This document shows positions 27,800 to 36,703 of a DNA stretch of 41,459 bases, piece after piece. Below the pieces are notes generated by a model. It worked only from the letters and a program-made list of their open reading frames with translations. It did no database searches and was not told the origin of the DNA. Location: the NCBI GenBank assembly GCA_002254545.1, contig NJEA01000001.1:1-41459 (forward strand), given 5' to 3'. The first letter of the stretch is position 1, and each line of letters begins with the position of its first letter. The translations under genes and the position numbers were made by a program. This stretch comes from Candidatus Aenigmarchaeota archaeon ex4484_224. Lineage in GTDB: Archaea; Aenigmatarchaeota; Aenigmatarchaeia; CG10238-14; EX4484-224.

Positions 27800-27837
27800 G
27801 CAAGCTTTTTTATAGTTAAATTCCATAATGAATTATT

Positions 27838-28170
27838 ATGAAGAAATTTCTGGAAAAGTTAAGAAGAAGAAAAGTTGAAGAAGAAGAGTTTGTAGTTCTT
27901 CCTTTTGAAGAAGAACCTCAAGAAAAAATTAATATAAGAATTGAAAATTTTGGTGGTTTAAGCGATGTTGATAGGATTGTTAAGCTTGTAAGGCAAGGTA
28001 ATATTGTTTTTCTTAGAACAAAAACTTTGCAAAAGAGAGATATAGGACATTTGCAAGCAGGAATTACAAAGCTTAAGAAGGTGTGTGATCAATATGGATG
28101 GGATATAGCTGGAACAGAAGAAGGATATGTTCTAATTGTTCCACGATTTGCCGAAATCGTTAGGGAATAG
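27838..28170 (+). CDS. sepF: Cell division protein SepF (archaeal)
   Basis: DVDRIVKLVRQGNIVFL...LKKVC...WDIAG...YVLIVP. Confidence 0.8.
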   Translation: MKKFLEKLRRRKVEEEEFVVLPFEEEPQEKINIRIENFGGLSDVDRIVKLVRQGNIVFLRTKTLQKRDIGHLQAGITKLKKVCDQYGWDIAGTEEGYVLIVPRFAEIVRE

Positions 28171-28171
28171 T

Positions 28172-29209
28172 TTAAAATGGTTTTCTCTTTCTTCTCTTTT
28201 CTACAAATAAATTTATTTTCTTTGATTTTGAAAGTAGAGAGGAGGAAATTTTTTCTATTAAACTTTTTTGCAATCTAACTCTTTTATCAGCTTCTAGCAA
28301 AATTGATGGGATAGCATAATTTTGAGAAATTGTTAGAAAGATTATTAAAGAGGAAATTTGGGAAGCTGAATTTGATGATTTTTTGTAAAAATCTATTCTT
28401 AAAGGAAAATCATTTTTTGTGTTTTGAAGATAGAATGAATAAATTTTGGATGAAAAATTTGAGTCAAAGTGCTTTAAGATTGGATGATTTGAAAAATCAG
28501 AGGAATAGGGAAAAGAAGTTGTTGATTCTAAAAAGTCTAGAACTTGAGAAAGAATAAAAGTATCTTTAAACTTTTGTTCAAATTTAAAATTGAAATTTTC
28601 ATCTAAAAATTCAAGAAATCTCTTTCCTCTGCTATCTTTAACGATTCCAAAAACTTCAGCTTTACTTTTTTCTATAGTTTTGAAAAAATTTCCATAAGAA
28701 GAAATCATTTCATTCCATTTTTCGATTAAAAAATCAGAAGATTGTTCAATAAAAGAATAATGAGGAATTATTGAACCATCTAAAATCAAAAAATCTAAAT
28801 CAAATTTTTCAAGAAGCTCATTTGCTAAAGAAATTTCACTTATTTGTCTTATAATATTTGAAAATAGAGAAAGCTCATTATCTGCCAATGGTTCAAAAAT
28901 TGTTTGGATTTGTGGAGAGGGAAATTTTGAAGGGTAATAAATTATTGAAGAAATTTTTGAGTCTTTAAATTCATAAATTACTCCTAAAGATCTGAAAATT
29001 AACAGATCGAAAGAGGATAAAGATTTTTTAAGGATTGAACCATCAACTGCACCTATTTTTAGATTTAAGTGGTTTGGTAAAGAATTCTTTTGAATTAAAG
29101 AATTTGAAATTAAAAATTTTCTTAAAGAAGAAGAAGTTTTGGCTAAAATTTTGCTTGTTTTTGAAATTTCTTCAGATGCTTTTTGCAAATTTGAAAAAAA
29201 TTCTTGCAT
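28172..29209 (-). CDS. nurA: DNA double-strand-break repair nuclease NurA
   Basis: GAVDGS, LILDGSI, GIVKDS and YAIPSILLEADKRVR. Confidence 0.85.
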   Translation of the reverse strand: MQEFFSNLQKASEEISKTSKILAKTSSSLRKFLISNSLIQKNSLPNHLNLKIGAVDGSILKKSLSSFDLLIFRSLGVIYEFKDSKISSIIYYPSKFPSPQIQTIFEPLADNELSLFSNIIRQISEISLANELLEKFDLDFLILDGSIIPHYSFIEQSSDFLIEKWNEMISSYGNFFKTIEKSKAEVFGIVKDSRGKRFLEFLDENFNFKFEQKFKDTFILSQVLDFLESTTSFPYSSDFSNHPILKHFDSNFSSKIYSFYLQNTKNDFPLRIDFYKKSSNSASQISSLIIFLTISQNYAIPSILLEADKRVRLQKSLIEKISSSLLSKSKKINLFVEKRRKRKPF

Positions 29210-29303
29210 AAGAAAAGAATTTAAAATTTTTATTTAAAAGTGTTTTGTAAGAAAATTTCAAAAGAATTTTAAATTAAAGAAAGAAATTTATTGTTGTGAA
29301 AAA

Positions 29304-30596
29304 ATGGAAAGAAAATTTACGAATGAAATTACAAAAGAGTTAGTTGGAAAAAAAGTATTAGTTAAAGGTTGGGTTTTTGATGTAAGAGTTTTGGGAGGAA
29401 TTAATTTTGTTGTTTTGAGAGATAAGAATGGATATATCCAAATTACTGCTAAGAAAGGAGAAGTAAAAGATGTAATTTTGCAAATTGTTTCTAAATTGCA
29501 TCAAGAAGATGTAATTGAAGTTGAAGGAATTGTTAAAGAATCGAAGCAAGCAAAAAAAGGAGTGGAAATTTTACCAGAGAAAATTGAAGTTATTAGTAAA
29601 GCTGAAGTTCCTTTGCCTTTAGATCCAAGAATGGTAACTCCTGCAAATTTAGATACAAAATTAAATTGGAGGTTTTTATGGTTTAGGACTGAAGAAGCAA
29701 GAGCAATTTTTGGCATTCAAAATGAAATTTTGAAAGCATTTAGAGAGTTTTTTTATAATAATGGATTTATTGAAATGCAACCTCCTATTATAATTGGTTC
29801 TGCTAGTGAAGGAGGTGCTGAACTTTTTGAATTACCATATTTTGAGAAAAAGGCTTATTTAGCACAATCTCCTCAATTATATAAACAAATGGGAGCAGTT
29901 TCTTTTGAAAGAGTTTTTATGATAACTCCAATTTTTAGAGCGGAAAAATTTGATCAGCCAACACATTTAAATGAAGTAAGACAAATGGATGTGGAAATTG
30001 CTTTTGCTGATTATGAAGAAGCTATGGATTGGCTTGAAAAAGCTTTGGTTTATATAGTAGAAAGTGTTTTGAAAAATAGAAAGAAAGAATTGGAAGTTTT
30101 GAATGTTGAATTAAAAGTTCCTAAACAACCATTTCCAAGAATTACTTATGAAGAAGCTATTAAAGCTTTGCAGAAAGAAGGAGAAAAAATTGAGTATGGA
30201 GATGATTTTAGTAAATTGCAAGAAAGAAAGTTGGGAGAAATTTTTGGGGAGGCATTTTTTATAAAAGATTGGCCAGAAGAACAAAAAGCTTTTTATGCTA
30301 TGCCAAAAGAAGATAATCCAAAAATTGTAAAAGCTTTTGATTTGATTTATAAGGGATTGGAAATTTCTTCTGGAACACAAAGAATTCATATTCCCGAATT
30401 GCTTGAAAAAAGAATTAGAGAAAAAGGACTAGATCCAAAAGATTTTAAGTTTTATATTGATGCTTTTAGGTATGGTGCTCCTCCACATTCTGGATGGTCT
30501 ATTGGATTAGAAAGATTAACAATGCAAATTTGTGGAAAGAAGAATATAAAAGAAGTTACAATGTTTCCAAGAACTAGAGAAAGAATTACTCCTTAG
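29304..30596 (+). CDS. aspS: Aspartyl-tRNA synthetase (archaeal type, probably discriminating)
   Basis: OB-fold anticodon domain, SEGGAELF, LAQSPQLYKQ, FRAE, SGTQRIH and PPHSGWSIGLER. Confidence 0.95.
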   Translation: MERKFTNEITKELVGKKVLVKGWVFDVRVLGGINFVVLRDKNGYIQITAKKGEVKDVILQIVSKLHQEDVIEVEGIVKESKQAKKGVEILPEKIEVISKAEVPLPLDPRMVTPANLDTKLNWRFLWFRTEEARAIFGIQNEILKAFREFFYNNGFIEMQPPIIIGSASEGGAELFELPYFEKKAYLAQSPQLYKQMGAVSFERVFMITPIFRAEKFDQPTHLNEVRQMDVEIAFADYEEAMDWLEKALVYIVESVLKNRKKELEVLNVELKVPKQPFPRITYEEAIKALQKEGEKIEYGDDFSKLQERKLGEIFGEAFFIKDWPEEQKAFYAMPKEDNPKIVKAFDLIYKGLEISSGTQRIHIPELLEKRIREKGLDPKDFKFYIDAFRYGAPPHSGWSIGLERLTMQICGKKNIKEVTMFPRTRERITP

Positions 30597-30604
30597 GTTA
30601 GAAA

Positions 30605-31369
30605 ATGGTAAATTGGGATAAATTTAAAACTTTTGTTTTTGATCTAGATGGAGTTATTTGGAATTATCCTGAAGTAATTGAAGGTGCTGATAGGGTAATT
30701 AATAGGTTAAAAGAAATTGGAAAGCAAGTTTTGATAATAACAAATTATACTTCTCTTTCTAGAGAAAATTTGGTAAAAGAATTAAGAAAGAGAGGAATTG
30801 AAATTGAGAAAGAAGAAATTATAAATCCTTGCTATGTTTTGGCTTTAAATTTAAAAGGAAATGAAAGAGTTTTGGTAATTGGAAATGAAGCTAAAAAAGA
30901 TTTGGAAGAATTTAATGTAAATGTTGTTGATGATTTGCCAGCAGATATACTTTTTGTAACTCATGATATGCAATTTAATTATGAAAAATTGGTTTTAGGT
31001 TTTAAAGCTTTGATTAATGGAGCAAAGTTTTTTGCAAGTTCTTTGGATAAAGAATGGCTACATGGAAAAGAAAGAGTTCCTGGCACTGGAGCTTTAGTAA
31101 AAGCTTTTGAATATTGCTCTAATGTAAAAGCTGAATTAATTGGAAAGCCTAGTGAATATATGAGGTTTGCTATGGAATTGAATGTTTTAAGTCCAAGAAA
31201 AGAAGTTGTTTATTTTGGAGATCAATTGGATAAAGATATAGCTTTTGCTAAAAAATCTAAGTATTTTACTGTTTGGGTTTTAAGTGGAATTGGAAAAAAG
31301 GAAGATTTGAAAAAAAGTAAAGCAAAACCAAATTTGATTTTGAAAAGTTTGAAAGAAGTTAAAATTTAA
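30605..31369 (+). CDS. HAD-IIA (NagD-like) phosphatase
   Basis: FDLDGVIW, ITN, IGKPS and GDQLDKDI. Confidence 0.9.
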   Translation: MVNWDKFKTFVFDLDGVIWNYPEVIEGADRVINRLKEIGKQVLIITNYTSLSRENLVKELRKRGIEIEKEEIINPCYVLALNLKGNERVLVIGNEAKKDLEEFNVNVVDDLPADILFVTHDMQFNYEKLVLGFKALINGAKFFASSLDKEWLHGKERVPGTGALVKAFEYCSNVKAELIGKPSEYMRFAMELNVLSPRKEVVYFGDQLDKDIAFAKKSKYFTVWVLSGIGKKEDLKKSKAKPNLILKSLKEVKI

Positions 31370-31572
31370 AAAATCATTTTTTCTTCAAGAATTATTGCTT
31401 GACCTCCTTTTTGTTTGATTAAAGAAGCTAGAGAAATTAGAAAGTTTAAATTTTCATGCTTCCAAAGAGAATGATGAACTTTTTTAGCTCCATTTCTTCT
31501 TAACTCTCTAAAAACTCTAACTCTCAAAGTTGAAAAATTTCTTGGGATATCAAAAGATAAAAGATAACTCAT
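31366..31572 (-). CDS. Small Cas2/VapD/PaaX-central-domain-like ferredoxin-fold protein
   Basis: YLLSFDIP...RVRVFRELRRNGAKKVHHSLW resembles the lv.yDIp...R..l...G...lQ.Svw signature. Confidence 0.65.
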   Translation of the reverse strand: MSYLLSFDIPRNFSTLRVRVFRELRRNGAKKVHHSLWKHENLNFLISLASLIKQKGGQAIILEEKMIF

Positions 31573-31576
31573 AATT

Positions 31577-31592
31577 TGTAATACGTATTACA
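31577..31592. promoter_or_regulatory. Perfect 16-bp palindrome TGTAATACGTATTACA between the TATA box (TTTATATAAA, 31593-31602) and the start codon
   Basis: Read directly from the sequence; position typical of a repressor operator. Confidence 0.7.
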
Positions 31593-31636
31593 TTTATATA
31601 AATACTTTTCTATAGTAAACTAAATAATTTATTAGC

Positions 31637-32281
31637 TTATTCTAACTTTTTCCAAAAATCTTCAAATGAAACTTTCTTTCTATTTCTTCTTAATTTAATA
31701 ACTTTCATACCAACTTTTCTTGCACCATCTACTTCTTCCTTGTCATGCCCAACAAAAACACTTTCCTCTGGCTTAACCCCAAAGTACTTTAAAACAAACA
31801 AATATGCTTCTTTTTCCGGTTTTTCAAAACCTATCATGTTAGAATGAAAAATTTTATCATAATGTTTTCCTTTTTCTATTCCAATTTTCTTAAGCATTTC
31901 TATTTTCCATCTCAAAGGATGTACAGAATTAGAAAGAATAGCAACTTTAATTCTTCTTTTCTTAAGCTCTTCCATTATCCTCTTTATATCTCTGTAAACT
32001 CTTACATACTTTACATTAATTTCTTTATCTTTTTTCAGCCATTCTCTTACTTTACTTTTTGGTATTCCAAATTTTTTATACACAATTTCATTAACTTCTC
32101 TTAATTTAATCTTTCCTCTTATTATTTTTGGATAGTATTTCAACCATTCTTTATGTTGATCTTTATACTTAACTCCAAACTTTTTAAGAAACTTTGAATA
32201 TTCCTTTCTAAAAACTTCAATAACCTTTCCACAATTATAAACAATTCCCTCTCCATCAAAAACAACTAGTTTAACTTTCAT
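31637..32281 (-). CDS. HAD-IA family hydrolase
   Basis: VVFDGEG (variant motif I), ILSN, GFEKP and FVGH...EVDGARKVGM. The start may alternatively be 32296. Confidence 0.82.
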   Translation of the reverse strand: MKVKLVVFDGEGIVYNCGKVIEVFRKEYSKFLKKFGVKYKDQHKEWLKYYPKIIRGKIKLREVNEIVYKKFGIPKSKVREWLKKDKEINVKYVRVYRDIKRIMEELKKRRIKVAILSNSVHPLRWKIEMLKKIGIEKGKHYDKIFHSNMIGFEKPEKEAYLFVLKYFGVKPEESVFVGHDKEEVDGARKVGMKVIKLRRNRKKVSFEDFWKKLE

Positions 32282-32312
32282 AAATATATTTTTCATCTAA
32301 AAATTTTTCTTT

Positions 32313-34295
32313 ATGGAAAATTTAAACCAAGAAATTGCAATAGTTACATGTGCTTTACCTTATTCAAATGGAGAGCCTCATTTAGGCCATTTAGCATCAA
32401 CTTACTTACCAGCAGATATTTTAGTAAGATTTCTAAGAATGATTGGAAAAAAAGTTTTTTTCATTTCTGGAAGTGATGATTATGGAACTCCAATTTTAAT
32501 TTCTGCTGAAAAAGAAGGAAAAAAACCGGAAGAATACATTAAAAAATGGTGGAAAGTTTGGCAAGAAGATTTAGAAAAAGTTTCTATTAAATTTGATTTT
32601 TATGGTCATACATATTCTGATTACCATAACCAATTAGCCCAATACTTTTTCAAAAAAATAAAAGAAAATGGATTTATTTATGAAAAAGAAATTGAACAAT
32701 TCTATTGTCCAAAATGTAAAAGATTTTTGCCAGATAGATATGTAATTGGAACTTGCCCTTATTGTGGAGCTCGAAACCAATATGGAGATGTTTGTGAAAT
32801 TTGTGGAAGAACTTATTCTCCTTTAGAATTAAAAGATCCAAGATGTGCAATTTGTGGTTCAAAACCAATAATCAAAAAATCTAAACATTATTTCTTCAAA
32901 CTTTCTTCGTTTTCAGAAAAATTAAGAGAATGGCTAATTTCAAACAAAAATTTGCAAAATGAAGTTAAAAATTATGTTCTAGCTTGGATAAAAGAAGGGC
33001 TAAAAGATTGGGATATATCTAGAGATATAGAATGGGGAGTTCCAATTCCAAATGAAAACAAAAAAGTTCTTTATGGATGGTTTGAAAACCATATTGGCTA
33101 TATCTCTTTCTTTTTAGAATTAGCAAAGCAATTAAATTTGAATGGAAAAGAAATTTGGAATAAAGCAACAATTTACCATTTTATTGGAAAAGATATAGTA
33201 TATCACCATTATCTTTTCCTTCCTGCAGAAAGAATGGCAGAAGGTTCTTTCAAATTGCCAGATTTTATACCAACAAGAGGTTATTTGCTTTTGGAAGATC
33301 AAAAATTTTCAAAAAGCAGAAATTGGTATATCAGCATAAAAGATTTTGTTTCAAAATTTGATTCAGATTATTTAAGGTATTATTTAGCTTCTATTGTTAG
33401 TTATAGTCAACAAGATTCAAACTTTAAATGGAAAGATTTTGAATCTAAAATAAATAATGAATTAATTTCAATAATTGCAAATTTTATTCATAGGGTTTTA
33501 ACTTTTGCTTGGAATAATTTTGAAGGAAAAATACCAAAGCCTAAAGAATTTGATTCTTTAGATAAAAATTTTGAAAAAGAAATTCAGCAATTTAGGCAAA
33601 AATATTTAAAAACAATGAATTCTTTGCATTTTGATAAAGCTTTAAAACAAATAGTTGAATTTGCTTCTAAATGCAATCAATATTTCCAAACAAAAAAGCC
33701 TTGGGAAACAAAAGATCCAAATTCAATTTATTTAGGATTTAAAGCTTCTTTAGAAATTTCTTTAGCTCTATATCCATTCATTCCAAACAAAATTGAAAAA
33801 CTTTGGGAAATTTTTAATTTGGATATACCAAAAGAAAATGCTTATTCTTTGAACTTTAAAATTGAAAACCATTCAATCAAAAAACCAAAAATTATTTTTG
33901 AAAAAATTGATCCAAAGCTAGTTGAAAATGAAATTAATAAATTGAGAAAAATTAAAAAAGAAAACATGAAAGAAATTTCAATCGATGAATTTAGAAAAAT
34001 TGAAATGAAAGTTGGTAAAGTTTTGGAAGTAGAAGAAATTCCAGGATCAAAAAATTTATATAAGCTTATAGTTGATTTTGGAAATGAAAAAAGACAAGTA
34101 ATTTCTGGTTTGAAAAAATATTATAAGCCAGAAGATCTTAAAAACAAAAAATTTGTTTTTGTCACAAACTTAGAAAGAAAAAAATTTATGGGATATGAAA
34201 GTCAAGCAATGATTTTGGCTGCTGAGGATTCAAAAGGAAATGTAATTTTAATAGTTCCAGAAAAAGATGTGGAAGTAGGATCAAAAATTCTTTAG
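32313..34295 (+). CDS. metG: Methionyl-tRNA synthetase with C-terminal tRNA-binding domain
   Basis: ALPYSNGEPHLGH, two zinc knuckles, HFIGKDI, KFSKS and a Trbp111-like tail (GYESQAMILAA). Confidence 0.97.
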   Translation: MENLNQEIAIVTCALPYSNGEPHLGHLASTYLPADILVRFLRMIGKKVFFISGSDDYGTPILISAEKEGKKPEEYIKKWWKVWQEDLEKVSIKFDFYGHTYSDYHNQLAQYFFKKIKENGFIYEKEIEQFYCPKCKRFLPDRYVIGTCPYCGARNQYGDVCEICGRTYSPLELKDPRCAICGSKPIIKKSKHYFFKLSSFSEKLREWLISNKNLQNEVKNYVLAWIKEGLKDWDISRDIEWGVPIPNENKKVLYGWFENHIGYISFFLELAKQLNLNGKEIWNKATIYHFIGKDIVYHHYLFLPAERMAEGSFKLPDFIPTRGYLLLEDQKFSKSRNWYISIKDFVSKFDSDYLRYYLASIVSYSQQDSNFKWKDFESKINNELISIIANFIHRVLTFAWNNFEGKIPKPKEFDSLDKNFEKEIQQFRQKYLKTMNSLHFDKALKQIVEFASKCNQYFQTKKPWETKDPNSIYLGFKASLEISLALYPFIPNKIEKLWEIFNLDIPKENAYSLNFKIENHSIKKPKIIFEKIDPKLVENEINKLRKIKKENMKEISIDEFRKIEMKVGKVLEVEEIPGSKNLYKLIVDFGNEKRQVISGLKKYYKPEDLKNKKFVFVTNLERKKFMGYESQAMILAAEDSKGNVILIVPEKDVEVGSKIL

Positions 34296-34931
34296 TTTTT
34301 CTTCCCAATTTTTAATTTTGCTCAATCTTTCAAATTTATCAAAAACTTTTAATCCAATACAATATTCAACTATTTCCTTAAAGTTTCTAGCTTTTTTAAT
34401 AAATTCATTTTCTTCAAAATTTCTATTCCAAGCCTTTTCAATCAAAATTAAAAATTTATTTCTTGGTTTTTCTTTCAAAAAAATTTCTGCTAAAATTGGG
34501 CTATCATCTATAAAAACATTATAATTTAAATTAAACTTTTCTTCCCAAGTATCAACCCAAACGATTTCATCATAAAAAATTGAATTCATTTCAAGCCATT
34601 TCCTAATTTTATCAACAAATGGATTTAAAGTAACTATATCTAGTTTTTCAGAAATTTCTTTTAAGAAAAAGGTCATTTTGCTTAAATCTTCATCAAAGGT
34701 AGGTTTTAAAATTTCAAAATTGCTATTCCAAACTTTTCTATAAAAAGAAACAAACTCTTTTTGAACTTTCTTATGATCTATTCCAAATTTTTCTTCCAAA
34801 CTTTTAAACATCCAATCTTTTATATCTTCTCTTGTAATTCCAATGCCAAATCTTTTATTAAAATAGTTAATAAAAGCTAAATTAAAATCTACCAAAGTTT
34901 CGTCAAAATCCAAAGCAATTCTTAATTTCAT
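34281..34931 (-). CDS. HAD-superfamily 5'(3')-deoxyribonucleotidase-like protein (NT5C)
   Basis: IALDFDETLVD, IVT, FIDDSP and AWN. Confidence 0.78.
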   Translation of the reverse strand: MKLRIALDFDETLVDFNLAFINYFNKRFGIGITREDIKDWMFKSLEEKFGIDHKKVQKEFVSFYRKVWNSNFEILKPTFDEDLSKMTFFLKEISEKLDIVTLNPFVDKIRKWLEMNSIFYDEIVWVDTWEEKFNLNYNVFIDDSPILAEIFLKEKPRNKFLILIEKAWNRNFEENEFIKKARNFKEIVEYCIGLKVFDKFERLSKIKNWEEKLKNF

Positions 34932-34994
34932 GCTATTTTTTTCATTGTTTGAAATCTTTAAAAGCTTTTATCACTAGGTTTTCAAAAAATAATT

Positions 34995-35465
34995 ATGAAG
35001 AAAGTTAGAGACTTTATGACAAGAAATGTAATTACCTGCTCTCCAGAAGATACAATTTTTGATGTTGCCAAAAAGCTTTCAGAAAATGCAATTTCTGGAA
35101 TGCCAGTAGTTGATAAAGGAAAATTAGTTGGAATAATTAGTGTTTCTGACATTGTAAAATTTATGAAAAATGAAATTAAAAATGAAGATTTAATCCCAGA
35201 AGAACCTCATAGCATTCCTTTTATTTTAATGAAAATGATTCAAAATGAGTTAAAAATTAAAAAAGAACTTGAAAAAATTTCAAAAATTAAAGTTAAACAT
35301 GTAATGTCGAAAAAGGTAATTACAATAAGTCCAGATGCTAGCTTGGCTGATGCTGCTGAGTTGCTAGTTAAAAAAAGAATTACAAGAGTACCTGTAATAG
35401 AAAATGGAAAAATAGTTGGGATTTTGACAAAAAGTGATTTGGTAAAAGCTTTAGTTGAAATTTAA
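34995..35465 (+). CDS. CBS-domain pair protein
   Basis: KVRDFMTRNVIT, ISGMPVVD.GKLVGIIS and RVPVIENGKIVGILTKSDL. Confidence 0.92.
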   Translation: MKKVRDFMTRNVITCSPEDTIFDVAKKLSENAISGMPVVDKGKLVGIISVSDIVKFMKNEIKNEDLIPEEPHSIPFILMKMIQNELKIKKELEKISKIKVKHVMSKKVITISPDASLADAAELLVKKRITRVPVIENGKIVGILTKSDLVKALVEI

Positions 35466-36385
35466 ATTTTGAATGAAAGAATTATATAAATCAAATAAAT
35501 TAAAATCATAAAAATTCCTTCTTTTTTGCCTAAAACTTTTCTTTTAATTAGCAAGTAAAATAAGAAAGATGAAAATGTTGAGAAAATTATTGGTAAAATG
35601 ATTGAATAGGGATTAATAGTTAGGATAAAAAATGAAACTATTCCTAAAACCAAAGTTATGTTTATTAAGCAAGATCCAACAATATTTCCAAAAATTAAAC
35701 CAGATTTTTTGCGAGAGGCCAAAGCTAAAGAAAGTTCAGGAATGCTTGTTCCAAAAGCCATTAAAAAACCACCAACAAAAGAATTTGTCAATCCAAAGAT
35801 TTTAATTAAATCAATCGAACTTTCAACCAAAAATTTTGCTGAAAAAACTACTAAAAATGTTCCAATAAAAACTAAAACAATATTTTTAACAAACTCTATT
35901 TTTGCTTTCTTTGTTTTCAATTTTTGAAAAATTTTAAAAGAAATTTTTCTTTTAACCGAAATTAGAACAAAAAATAAAAATGTTAATAGAAAAATTGATG
36001 AAATTGCTTGAGTTTCAATTTTAAGTAATAGCAACAAAGGAAAAATTGAAGAAACAAAAAGCATTTTTGAAAGAAGTGGTATATCTCTTTTTTCCACCTT
36101 TATTTTTTTGGATATGATTAAAATAATTCCTCCTATCAAAAGGATATCCAATATATTTGAACCTAAAATATTTGCTATGCTTAGACTTTCATTTTCATTT
36201 AAAATTGAATACAAACTTAAAGAAAGTTCTGGTAAACTTGTAACTAGAGCTAAAAAAATAAAACCTATTACAAACTCTCCAAACCCTAAAATTTTATCTA
36301 TTTTAATTACACTTTCGGTTAAAATTTTACTTCCATGAGATAAAAAATAGAGAGATAGTAGAAATGTTAAAATTGTTATTAACAT
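35462..36385 (-). CDS. Sodium/calcium exchanger family (YrbG-like) antiporter
   Basis: Alpha repeats TSLPEL...NILGSN and GTSIPEL...GNIVGS; about 10 TM segments. Confidence 0.92.
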   Translation of the reverse strand: MLITILTFLLSLYFLSHGSKILTESVIKIDKILGFGEFVIGFIFLALVTSLPELSLSLYSILNENESLSIANILGSNILDILLIGGIILIISKKIKVEKRDIPLLSKMLFVSSIFPLLLLLKIETQAISSIFLLTFLFFVLISVKRKISFKIFQKLKTKKAKIEFVKNIVLVFIGTFLVVFSAKFLVESSIDLIKIFGLTNSFVGGFLMAFGTSIPELSLALASRKKSGLIFGNIVGSCLINITLVLGIVSFFILTINPYSIILPIIFSTFSSFLFYLLIKRKVLGKKEGIFMILIYLIYIILSFKI

Positions 36386-36440
36386 AATTATTTGTTAATT
36401 GGCAAAACTTAAATAATGTTCAAGTTAAATTTCAGTATGA

Positions 36441-36512
36441 GCCCGGGTAGCTTAGTGGTAGAGCGTCCGGCTGTTAACCGGGAGGTCGTGGGTTCGAATC
36501 CCACCCCGGGCG
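36441..36512 (+). tRNA. tRNA-Asn (GTT), no intron, CCA not encoded
   Basis: Acceptor stem GCCCGGG/CCCGGGC, D arm GCTT/GAGC, anticodon arm TCCGG-CTGTTAA-CCGGG, T arm GTGGG-TTCGAAT-CCCAC, discriminator G. Confidence 0.97.
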
Positions 36513-36637
36513 CGTTAAATTATTTTGTAACTCTTTATAAAATCTTTGAACTCGTATTCTTGATAATAACTGCTGTAGGTTTAAAACTGATAAATGAATT
36601 ATCAAATATTTTTTAATTTAACCGACAAAAAATTATT

Positions 36638-36702
36638 AGCCCCACTTGCCACGTCTATAGGATTAAACATGACTATAGACATCGCGGGTGGGGCTATATT
36701 TT
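36638..36702 (+). ncRNA. Candidate single-hairpin archaeal H/ACA guide RNA with K-loop
   Basis: Lower stem AGCCCCAC/GTGGGGCT, 7x7 internal loop, upper stem GTCTATAG/CTATAGAC capped by GA-ttaaacat-GA, then an ATA box and TTTT; TATA-like element at about 36611-36618. Confidence 0.65.
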
Positions 36703-36703
36703 A

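Noticed and set aside
31366..31637. CRISPR-Cas locus suggested by the Cas2-like gene
   Set aside because: No repeat-spacer array and no other cas gene in the window.
36560..36625. Possible C/D box sRNA (TTGATAA...CTGA...)
   Set aside because: The boxes are degenerate and the spacing does not fit; not supportable.
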